Made by a program: the position numbers and the translations under genes | Origin: Macrostomum lignano | Taxonomy: Eukaryota | DNA length: 64,000 nucleotides | Assembly: GCA_002269645.1 (NCBI GenBank) | Contig: NIVC01001449.1 | Span: forward strand, 62,001-126,000 | Direction: 5' to 3' | The notes under the pieces: model-generated | The model's input: the letters and a program-made list of their open reading frames with translations, nothing else | What the model was told of the DNA's origin: nothing | The model's database searches: none | Shown here: positions 28,101-40,100 of the stretch, one piece after another | Numbering within the stretch: the first letter of the stretch is position 1 | Layout of the letters: every line of letters begins with the position of its first letter

Positions 28101-31100
28101 CCACACGTTTTACTCGTACTTTGCTAAGCTGCTTCACTTGCTATACAAGCTGCCGTAGTACCTGATAATAAGCGGGTCATTACTGGCACAGCGCCGCTAA
28201 GATTATATTTTCGAGGGAATAGGCACTGCCTCCAACGATAATCCGATATTTTTTTCAAATATCGGGCGCTTTCATAAGACATGAATTGCATATCGCCTGA
28301 ATTTCATAACACTTAAAGCAGAAAATGCAGCCTCACTTAAATCACCTAAATTTCATATCGCCTAAATTTCACAACGCCTAAATATCTGCGTTCTCTTTCG
28401 TTGTGAACTTTATTTTTCTGCTGCCAATCAAAGTTGAAGTTTAAAGTTAATTACCCCCCGCCCCCTATGTAGAGCAGTAGGCTGGCTAAGTGCTCTCAAC
28501 CGGGTGCACAGGTGCACCAAGTTCCGGCTACCACAATATAAAAATAACGTCTAACTGTCATCAAAATTATTCTAAGTGACCATGTAGAACAAGTGCTACC
28601 AAAGAGATTTACCAATTTACCAATATACTTACTTATCCAACAGTCTGGTGGTATCGTTTGCTAGTCCGCTTGCAATAAGCTCAAAGCGGTGGCCGTCCAC
28701 GACTTTAAACTGACCGGAATCTGCATCTACAGAAAGGCAAAAGAAATGCCACCAGTAGCTGCCCTTGAAGTATCCAGAAATTTTCATTTGTTCGCCAGAC
28801 TGTCTCAACACGGTGGCTTCATATGAGGTGGCGGTGAGCACGCGGAAAGTCAAACTCTGCCCGGAGGATGTCAGCACAGGACGAGTGTAGTCAGTGGCAC
28901 CCGGCTCCACGTAAAGGTAAAAGCAAACTGAGTAGCCTTTGCCACCGGAAGTTTGCAGCACTCGTCCGAAGGCTGGCACCTGCAGTGTGGCGCCGACAAG
29001 CAGCTGAAGAGAGGCATTTTCACGATAAGTTGGCCCGTAGGTCCATCGGTACTGGCCGCTGTCGCTGCTGATGTTGCCGTGCAGCTGGTTGGCTGAGACA
29101 TCGTTTGCCATTGTCTCGTTCACCAGAGGCCAGAAACCGATGCGGTAGTCTTGGAGCTGCACTGTCTGGCCGGCCGGGTCTGCACGTGCGAATTGAGCTT
29201 AATCAACAGACAACAAACAAACAAACAAGCTAGCAATCTAACTAACGAACTTCTAAAAGTTACCAAAACAAAACGGTATCTAAAAGTGCCTCCGAATTTA
29301 GCAGCGTGGTTTACAAAAAGGGGCAGTCTTTAGAAATTTAGCCTCAGATTAGCAGTATAAAAGCATAGCACTATAATCGTAATTACTGAGAAGTTCTCGA
29401 GAAATAAATTTGGCGTTACTTTTCGGTCAGTTTACAAACATAATTGCATTGATTTTATGATTATCTCGCGCGAACTTATGACCTACGCTATTGTGCCATT
29501 GTCCGGTGTTCTCCGTAGAATATTAGTATACCCTAAATCATTCAATACGAGTAGCTCTTTCTGTAATTAAAATCATTATCTCGTGCAGCTACACTATACT
29601 CACCCCAAGCCGTCACGCTGTACGAAGCCGAGTTGGCTGTATAAGGAAAATACTCCGTGCTGGAAGTAATCGTAGAGCTCAGAATGCCTGACACACCCTT
29701 GACTAAATCAATGTCACAGCTGGAGTCTGAAGCGGTAAAGTTTTTTTTTAAAACGTAAAGTTATATTCCATGATGTTTACCAGTTATGAAAAACTCAGAT
29801 GCAGGTTAAAAGGTTAAAAGCATTACGATGCTCACTGTACGGCAGCCATTGCATCATGATGCTGGGAGTTGTAGTGACAGTCGCGGCCATAGAAAGTCCG
29901 GCAATAAAATGGGTCTTATTGAGATCACTAAACTTAGACGTCGCCTCGTAATACGGGAAAACTGATTTGCAACTGGGCGCCAGATCGGTATAGCAGTCGT
30001 AGACCTGGCCCATTTGGTTCACTAACGGGTACTTCTTCATGTAGTTTTTGTCGTCTGAATAAATCATTCTCTTCACGTAGATCTTTCCGGCTGGTGTTGA
30101 CGCTTGCTTGACATCTAGAATAGAGTAAAGCTACAAGCATGAAGGTTCTTATAGGACGAACTTTGATTAAACTTACCAGGATCACTGCCTAATATTGCGG
30201 GAGGAAGTCCTTAGATTGTTCAAAAATTTTTAGTACGGGCTTGATAGCTTGATTTTTCTATTTTTTGCATGGCAATATAGTCAGTTTTCTACCATTTGGA
30301 CTTCCGAAGAGCTTTGGAAGCCAGTAAACTTCATGGTATGAGTTTTAAAAAAGTTTTCAACAACTTTAATTTGGAAAATCACTACAAGGATGTACAATAA
30401 GCAAAGTGTGAGTAAATTACATTATATATTTCTATCACCCTTATGTTGCTATTTTTAAACATACGTTGCAATTATGTTGCCATTGAGTAGTCCCTGACCA
30501 AACTTTAGACAAAATATCTGAGATTATTTGGTCTGGACCACAGATACTAAATACCCTAGCTGGTTCACTCAGCACAATCTTTATGTGTCAGTTTTGACTT
30601 GCTACTCTCTGTCCAGTGGCATAAGCGCATGTTCGCTCTATTTTTGTCTTGACAAAATATTTGGAGAAAATGATGGGCTAGCTGCTCGTGTCACACACCC
30701 ACAACTTTGCCGCTTTAAATTCTTATATCTATGGCCAAGCTTGGCAGTGGATCAAAATTCTCAGGCGTAAAACCCACTGTTAAAATCTGCCCCTCACCGC
30801 AAAAAGCGTAGAGTCTTGGCCATAGACAGCCGAAGAAATCGACTAATTTTGTTTTTAGCTAGCAGACAAGTGGGACAAAATACGGGAATTTAAATGAATG
30901 AGGCAGGATGGAGAAAAGAAAGATTTTAACTTCGCCCTTTGTTTGCTAAATCAAACCAGCAACTCTTCGTGAAATCCTCACCAGACTACAAGCATGGAAT
31001 TCAGCTCAAAGCGCTGCTGTGCAGCCACCTGCACCCATACAGCGCAATCTCTTACGGATGAGGGAGTGGCTGTGCGAATGCACAGGCTTCCAGCGGACGA

Positions 31101-34100
31101 CGGAGTTGCGAATAGATGGCACCAAATGCTGGAAGTCGACTTGGACATCGGAGTCATTCGCAAGATGGGATTGCGAGTGCGTAGTGTGCATTTTACTGAC
31201 AATGATTACAGCTGTCCTTTACGACATGAAGATATCACACGTTTACGATGGAATGCTGTTCCAGACAGGGAGCTGACTCTACCCCGTCTCATTGCACATG
31301 ACCTGACACATTTGGTTGTTCGCAGTGACGAAGAGGCTGACAATCTATCCACCTGAACTGCAGTGTTTCAACAGCACTGATGGTTAGCCACCACAGGCCA
31401 CAGAGTAGCAGGCAAATGTCAGCAGCAAACAGCTCAACCAACCGAGGTCATGCTGAACAACGAAGCAATGACATCATCGCTCAGCTGCGCAGCAAAGTCG
31501 TTTGATGCAGCAGAAGGTCAGGCGGGATGTTTGCAGCCGTGGCATGCACTGGACCAAGGCGGACATTGCATGTTCAATTCAGCTGCATCACAAAGGCTCG
31601 TCAGCTTACCGACTGGTCCGCAATAAGTGGGAGATGCCGCTACCATCGAAGTCGACAATTAGGCGGCGAATTCGATAGTATTTCGTATTGCCTGGGATTT
31701 GCAACTTGACGATGCGATCGATCCTTGCTGTCAAAGTTTGATGTATCATCGACCATGACTCAACGTGCCGCAACTGTGCAGACGACAACTGCGAGGCTGC
31801 CACCCACCGGTGCCGGAGACTGCGTGACTACCAAAGCGAGTCCATCGAACTCAAGCAGTTTTAAACGCCAGGCACCACAGCAGCAGCTGCTTGAAGAAAG
31901 GCTGGACTCCTGTCAGGATGCAAGCAATGCCTCGCTACAAACTGCAGAGTACGTTGGCGGGTATGTGCTAAAGCGAATTCGAGTTCCTTACTGTCAGCTG
32001 TGCAACTCTTTGCTTACAACATCCGTACCTGTGGGGCTTCAAATCCAGCACAAGACCTACTCGTATGCATCTCGCGGGTTAACTGCGTCCTCGCCGCTGG
32101 CGCTTGTTCCATTAATGAAGATGGAGGCTGCGTTTACAGCCCTGACACCCGGCTTCATAATCCAGCCACGTGTGGCAGCTCCGTTCGTGGAACACCTCCG
32201 GGCGCAATTAGCGAGCTGCATCACACACGGGTTCTCAATCAAGTTTTTTAAACTGGTGCCCTCGTGAAATGACAAATCTGTTTGCAGTGGCTCAGAAAAA
32301 GAAAATCATGCGCAAGATTAGCAAGCTAAACTGACTTTGTCACACTAATATAGCTCAAGAACACGATTTTCTTATATTTTGCGGTAAATATATTTTCTGT
32401 GTATTATAAATATTTGCCCATTTTTATGTTCTTTTTTTCTCCCTTGCAATGCACAAAAATATTCTTGAATGTTTGCTAAATCAAGAAAAATAATCATCAC
32501 CAAGTATACCAGTAGCACTATAAGTTTGACTTTCGATTGTGTAGACAACGTCAATTATTTGTGCTTTAGCCTAAGCCGTCACAGCTAGTTGAATAAATAA
32601 ATGTTGCTTTTTACGATCATACTACCGAACAGAGAGTAGTTTTGCTAAATATAGTCGAGTGAGCCATCTAGGGTATTTAGTATCTGTGGTCTGGACAGGA
32701 CGAATCCTTGATAACTAAAACTAAATGACAAAAATTATGTTTAAATTGTCAGTAAAAATTTAGTCAAAAAACTGCTGGGACTATTTCCTATGGAAAATTC
32801 TTACCTCTTTTTTAGTTGTGATTTTCGAAGTGAATTGCACCATAAAAAAAACTTAATAATTTGCTATCAGTGATCCTGGTATACCACAAGTCATTGGGTC
32901 TCTCTGAGGCACAAGCGCATATATTATGCAATTCATAGTACATTTTTTTGCATAGACGGCCACTTCAGCCATAACGAATGTGGAAGTCTGCGGCTTCCTA
33001 ACAATAACGAACTGAGCAGGTATGTCGCAGAAAGCTTCGAGAATGTCGCCGGGCTGGTTATCCATGTTGTCCAGCTGGCACCTGATCGAGTTTGGCATGT
33101 CCGATTCGTAGTTCGCTTCATTTGCCAGCGACACCCAGACTTGGTGCTCGTTAGGGTAGTCTGTCAATCAAAATTGAATTTTAAAGAATATTATTTGCAT
33201 GCTTAGCCATCCAATAATTTAGGTCAGTATGATATGCACATTTCTCTGCGACAAAAGACAGTTTTTAAAGACCGGTTCAAATTACCGCCAGCAGCTCCAT
33301 GGATCTCTGATAACTTAAATTTAAAATTGGTCTGTACCTTCTCTGCATCATCTGCTGCGTCATAGATCTTATATACACTTGTGTGTATAATATAATAATG
33401 CTCTACATTAATAAGAGTATACTTGTACGACAGCAGTGGCAGTGGCACACTTACAGGTGTACGTTTGGAGCGGTGTTACAGAAAGTATATGCATTTGACA
33501 GTGTGCATCCAGTCAAACAAAAATGCAATTATGTTTTCACAATCTGCTTTTTCCTTTGAGTTCAAGAAAATGCTCAAAATTGTTAAAAACGGTTGAATTT
33601 TTTGTCCCGATGCACTCCCTGCTACTAAATTGCTTTCTGGATGAAGTTAATTCCCTAACCATTGAAATGTACGAGTAGCTATCTACCCTAATTGTTTCCA
33701 CTGTTAGGCCTTCACTCTAAAGTTATAGCTGATTTTTGACTGGGAAATAGTCACAAATTAATATTTACATTTGATACTAACACAAGCTCTTTCACTACCT
33801 GTATTTATAACCAAATGATATTTTCTTCTTTATTATCATAAATATATCCTGGCGATGGCAGAAGAATGCCGAAACTAGTCCACTATTGATTTTCAACATG
33901 CTGTTCTTCAGTTCTGTTTCAGCAATACTATTGAATCGTATTGATAGCAAAACAGAATAACACTCTTAAGGTACTTAAAGGTTCTTAGGAACTGGTCAGA
34001 TATAAGTGTGACTTGCCTCCCGACTGCTTTCTGGTGTACAACCAGACTTCGCTAACGTGCCAAACAGCTTGCATGTCTACTCTCCACCACTGCATCACCG

Positions 34101-37100
34101 AGCCATATACGTATTTTATGGAGAAGCCACTTGCTACGGCAAAGTCTGCAGCAAACACGCCGTCGTTTGCCCCAGTAACGACACTGCTCGCCTCCACCTC
34201 TCCGCTGTGGTTCACCGGCTTCCCAACAATGTCGACTGGCTCCGAGACCAGAGTGTAGTTTGTGTTGAGGGAACTGACCTGGAGTTGAGTAAAGGTATTC
34301 TTCATGAATTGCAAAGATTATCATTTTCTAATGACTGAGTTCGCAGTTTATGAAAAATTTGAGTAGCAAAGTTACTGAAAACATGGATCTTGATAAAGAA
34401 ATTCCATTGTAGGTAAGCCCATCAACCAAGTAATAGGTGTGCTTGCCTCGCAAATGAACGGATATGCCGATTGGTATGTGTCGCACTCGATGTTGAGCCA
34501 CGCACCACCACTTCTCAGGTCCATCATCAGGCAATGATTTCCTGGCTTGCTGAACCTCCAGAACTTCCACTCGATAGGCGAGCCGTCGAACCACTGCCAC
34601 TGGTCCGCCGTACGGTTGTACCGCCCGTCGATGTGCAGCTTTTGGTAAGCGGGATTGGAGCTGAAATTCATACGAGCGTAATTTAATCATACGGCTTGTT
34701 TAACGAGGCTTTGTGATCAATAAATCGAGCGATTGTGTCCAGTTGCCAATTTGAAACTTAAGTTTTAGCCTATTTCAAAATTCTCAACAGACTGGCATTG
34801 GTAATTGGTCTCGAAGATTAAAGAGACTCAAAGCCAGATGCCATTTCAAAATTTTATCTTGGTGGCCTGCAAAAAATGTACTTTTATGTTATTGATACAA
34901 TGCTGATGACTAAAACATAGCCATTACCCTGAGAATGAATGATTCCAGGACAGGTAGTAAAACAGTTGATTCTCAATGATGCTCTTCGGAGTAGCCAGGT
35001 GCCCGCTGCCGTTCCAGTGCATTGACTCGCAAATCTCCTTGGCCAGTTTCGGCGGGGCCAGGGTGTGCGGCATGGTGTTGTTCCGTCCGTATGAAATCCA
35101 ATAGCAGCTCATTCCGTGCCTGATGAAGCCGATAGGACACTCTGCAGTTGTTGAAAGTGTGACAATTGTGAATGGAAATTTGTTATGTTCTCTTCTTCTG
35201 CTTCTATACCGACTATTGCCTCCAGGCTACCATCTGACATCAAAGTCAAGTCGAAGAAGCTTTCTTGACTAGTCTTCTATGCCAACATATCAAATGTATC
35301 TCGTATCTCGTATCCGTTCCCGACGGCTTGGACCGAAATCGTGCCATAGACATTTTTGCGCTCCACGACGAGACTGATGGCACGGTTTCGTGCCAAGCCA
35401 GCAAAACCGCACCCAACTGACGATTATTTAGTTTATGTTTGCACCACCTTTCGCGTAGATAGCACCACAGATACTATAAACACTAGATAGGCCACTCAGG
35501 CTAATTTTCTGGGCAAGTTTTTTATTCTACTTTCTGCTTAGTAGCAATGAAAGGAAGCAACAGTATTATTTGCTAAATTAGACAAATCGAGTGACTGTTT
35601 TTAAGACATCGTTTTGCTAACGCCATAAACAACTAACTTGTTTTGTGCAGTAATGGTGTACATTAAGACGCGACAGACAGTGTGCAATGCCGCTATCTTT
35701 CAAAGTGGAGGAAGGGGGGTAGTCTGGAATAGGGTTAATATCAGTTTCGTATAAGGCAGGGTGAGTGGATCGATAATTTAGGCCTACTGGTGGTGGGATA
35801 GAAAATAAAGGACTGCACATAGCTAGCCTGGGTTAGGGGTGGGGTGGGGGTTGAGAGGTTGTGGGTTAGAAAATTTGGGGGTGGCGAATCGTGCTTAAAT
35901 ACAAGCTTATATAGATGAACAGGACAAGAGTCAGAGTTAAAGAAAGTTCGAGTGCATACTAGCTTTTCTATCTAATCTTGTACTCGAGAAATGTTTTGAT
36001 TCGAACCACTGCTGTGCTCCCACTTGCACGAGCTTTGTACTAGTGCTATTAACATCCGAGAAAGAAAAATCCGTTGCGAATGCATAAATTACCAAAAGAT
36101 GACACTGGCGAAGCGCTGGCAGCAGCTACTACAGGAGCGTGGATATTGATCTTTATAAACAATTAAATCACGGGGCCTCCGTGTGTTCAGCTTGCACTTT
36201 ATGGACGAGGCCTACTGCTGCCTTACAAAGTGCCACGGATGTGCAAGACATCTGTTTTCGCTGGGACGCAATCCCACACCAAGAGTTGATGCTGCCTCGG
36301 CTCGTTCAAATAGACCAGCTACCCTCTGTGCAAAGGACTGATAAACGATGAAGAGGCAGACGACATGTACCCTCCAGTGCTGGGGCCAATTAGCAATCTA
36401 TCTGCAGCCGAGCCTGCGACTTGCCTGCTGCCAGTGCTGTGGCAGAGCAACCTTCGGCTACCAGATTCTGCGCCGAGAACAGCTGTTGCGGCTGAAAGCT
36501 CTCACCTCTGCAGCCGATTCGCGGGTTCCAAGCGCTAGAGGCAAAGATCAAGCGGCTGCAGCAACGATCCCGAAAGTGACAGGCGAATCAAGCGGCTGCA
36601 GCGGCAATCCCGAAAGTGACAGGCGAATCAAGCGGCTGCAGCGGCAATCCCGAAAGCGACAGGCAAATCAAGCGGCTGCAGCGGCAATCCCGAAAGCGAC
36701 AGGCAAATCAAGCGGCTGCAGCGGCAATCCCGAAAGCGACAGGCAAATCAAGCGGCTGCAGCGGCAATCCCGAAAGCGACAGGCAAATCAAGCGGCTGCA
36801 GCGGCAACTCTCGATGGTCAAGGCAAGTGCAGCGCAGTCGTGCATCCATGGACTGTGGAGGCGTGGCTAGCGCAGCTTCCAGCGGTCGACTGGGCGGCAG
36901 GGCGCTCGCAGTCAGGGGTGCTCTGGTCAAAGGATGTCATCTCATCAGCAGCTCATTGCAGCTGCACCACAAAAGTCCTGCTGCTTATCGGCTGCCTGTT
37001 ACGAAACCACTGAGGATTGGCTCCATCGGATACATCCCTGGACCTTGAAGTGGCGCATTCGCCAGTTTTTTTCATCTGTTGGGCCGTTCTGAATGCTGCC

Positions 37101-40100
37101 TCTGAACAAGGGCGACTGGCGACCCTGTTCTTCGACAGCACGCTGCGAGTTTCACAAACAGATGAGCTGATTAAGATGAGAAATCTTTCTATTTTGCTTC
37201 ACGAATATGGATTATGGAGTATATGATATAGCTCGTATTTGCTAAATATACAATAGTAGACTGCAATAATATAGCCTTCTATGCAATCTAAAGCATTCAC
37301 AATGTTGCTTTGAATTGTGGAAAGTATAATTATAAGTTTCTTTTTGCAAAAAATCAATACAATTGCTGCATTGCATTCATCTGTTTTTTATTTTAAAAAA
37401 ATATAAATAACGCTAAAATGTTTTTACTACTACTAAGCAGAAAGTAGAGTAAACTGTCGTGTTGTGAAAATTAGCTGGAGTGGCCTATCTAGTGTTTATA
37501 GTATCTGTGGATAGCACAGCCATTGCAGACTGATATGGACCGTTTTCGTGCCATGGCTTTTGTTGAAAGACAAAAATCTTTTTTTAACAGATAGAGCAGA
37601 ACATAATTGGGAATTGTGTATATTTGATAAAAAGAACATGTGGACTGATGTGAACGTGCGTTGATGGACCTGATATACCGGTGTTGTAACAGTATTACTG
37701 TTCGAGAGTTCGAAAGAATGCAATAAAGTGTGTGAAACTAATGAAAGAAATAACAACTATAAAAACAACCCGCGAACCATAATATAAGCTATGCACATTA
37801 TCCTGAAAAATACAGAAAAAGCTTACAAAAGATTCAGGAACATAAGCATTACAACATCTGGATTCAGCTCTTCATAGTCGCTCAGAGACTCGTCATCGGT
37901 AACTATTGGGGACTCCGTCGCGTCGTCGGTCTCCCAATCAGACTCAGCGCTCATGATCTCGTAATTTATACTACTCGTACGCTCGTCCAAGAACAACGCT
38001 GCTAGCAATACAATGCTATAAAACTTAAACAAAGAACTTAAGCAAGTTTGACTGCACCGGTGGGAACACTGGAACACTAGGGCTGTGTCTCAAAATCTAC
38101 TTGGCAAAGACTGCGTGAAAAGTTGCTTCAGTCTGGAAGGGGTTTGTATACGAGCTTAAAAACTTGAGCTAAAAAAATTCTATGGCACGATATCGAACCA
38201 AGCCGTCGGGAACGGATGTGTTGGCATAGTAGGCTAGTCAGGAAAAGGGTTTGACTGCTCTAATCCACCGGTCTGAGCCAGGCGTCAGTCGGGGGCGGTT
38301 TTGCTGGCTTGGCACGAAATCGTGCCATCAGTCTCATCGTGGTTTAAATACGAGCTGTTCACTAGCTTTATTTGCCTCTAGCCGGCGCACGTCTTGCTTG
38401 CCTTTTTGTAATACTGTTAGCCTTCGGCTCTTAAAGAAATAAAAGATTGTACCCTAGACTATAGACGAAGAATGGAAGAAGGGAAGAAGGGAAGCATTAG
38501 TGCATTTGCTAAACCAAAAGTCCATACACAACATTCCCCCTTTGTCAATTAATATCTCACAGGTCCGGTTTCTGCAATTTGTCTCTGTCCCTCAGTCGTC
38601 TAGGTTCTTTAGCCGATGTGTCAGTGCTCTTGCCAAGAGTTCCGTCTGAGTCGGTTTTCTGTGGTTCGTCTTGCACGGGCACGCTTTGGGCTGCTGGATT
38701 TGAGATGTCCTCACTCTGCATTTGCTCACGAGCCAAGTCAGTCTGATCGTCCTGATGCCTCTTCATGATTGGTGGAATTCGGGTGGGAAGAACGTCTGTC
38801 TTGACAATTTGATCAACGTGCCTCTTCCAGATTTGACCGTTGACCTGCAGTCTGTAAGACATTGGTCCTGTGCGGGTGACCACCTCGGCAGGAATCCATC
38901 TGTTCTCTTTCTCCCTTCTGAAATCCAGCGTCAGAACTTTTTCTCCCTCCTGGAACTCCCTCGGCGACGCTCCTCTATGGCTTTGTCGTTCGGTCACATC
39001 AGTCTGCTTATCCAGTACTTTTGAGTAGGTGTCCGGCCTAAGAAAGTCCAATTGAGTCCGGCGCTTGTAGCACAGCATCATTTCAGCTGGCGTCCTACCA
39101 GTTGTAGAGTGAGGTGTACTTCTGTATCTGAACAAGAAGTTCTGCATACTCAGTATTGGGTCTCCATGCGTTTTGATTCCGGCTTTAATAGCAGACTTCG
39201 CAGTCTGGACCATCCTTTCGCTAAGTCCATTAGTACGCGGATGTCCAACAGCCGTTAAAATTTGACGAATATTATTTCGCTTCAAAAACGCACGAAACTC
39301 AGATGAGCAGAACTGACTGCCGTTATCACTTAAGACTTGCTGAGGAATTCCGAACCTTGTGAAAGTATCTCGCAGGCACTCAATTGTCTTACTTGTAGTC
39401 GCATGTTTCATAGGAAAAATCTCGACCTATTTGCTAGTTGCGTCGACAATGATAAGCCAGAAATATCCGTGAAATGGTCCCATGTAGTCCATCTGGATTC
39501 TTGTCCATGGCTGCTCTGGCCAAACAAGAGGTTGTACAGGTGCCTGTGCAGGTAAATTTCTTTGCAACTGGCAACCTTCACAGCTTCGGACTAGGTCTTC
39601 GATGGCACTATCGATTCCAGGAAACCAAACATGCAGCCTAGCGATAGACTTCATAGCAACTATTCCAGGGTGTCCGTCGTGAAGCAACTCCAAAACCATT
39701 CGTTGCACACTCCTTGGAATAACGACGCGCAGTCCCCAGAAAATCACTCCTTGCTCGATACAAAGCTCATTTTTTTTACGAAAATACTGTTCCAAACCTG
39801 GCTCACTTGTTTCTGGCCAGCCGTTTTGGCAGTAGTGAACGACTTTTCGAAGTTCTGCGTCCTTCCGTGTCGCGGTTCTAATCGTCTCTGCCGTGATCGG
39901 TAGCATCTCAAGCCTGACTTCCAGAATTTTGTCACATGAGATGTTCTTGGCTCGATCTGGTAAGCGTGAAAGCGCGTCCGCATTTGAATGGTCCTCTGTC
40001 CTTCGAAATTTGATTGTGTATTGGTGGGCGGACAGAAGTACGGCCCAACGCTGAAGACGACTTGCTGCGATGCTAGGGATATCCTTTTTGTCTCCAAAGA

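Larger units (their letters stand above)
35261..38342. mobile_element. Unclassified element with two crossed inverted-repeat pairs, inserted in the 3' LTR
   Basis: A 35261-35362 / A' 38166-38245 and B 35363-35421 / B' 38283-38342; no transposase recognisable. Confidence 0.65.
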
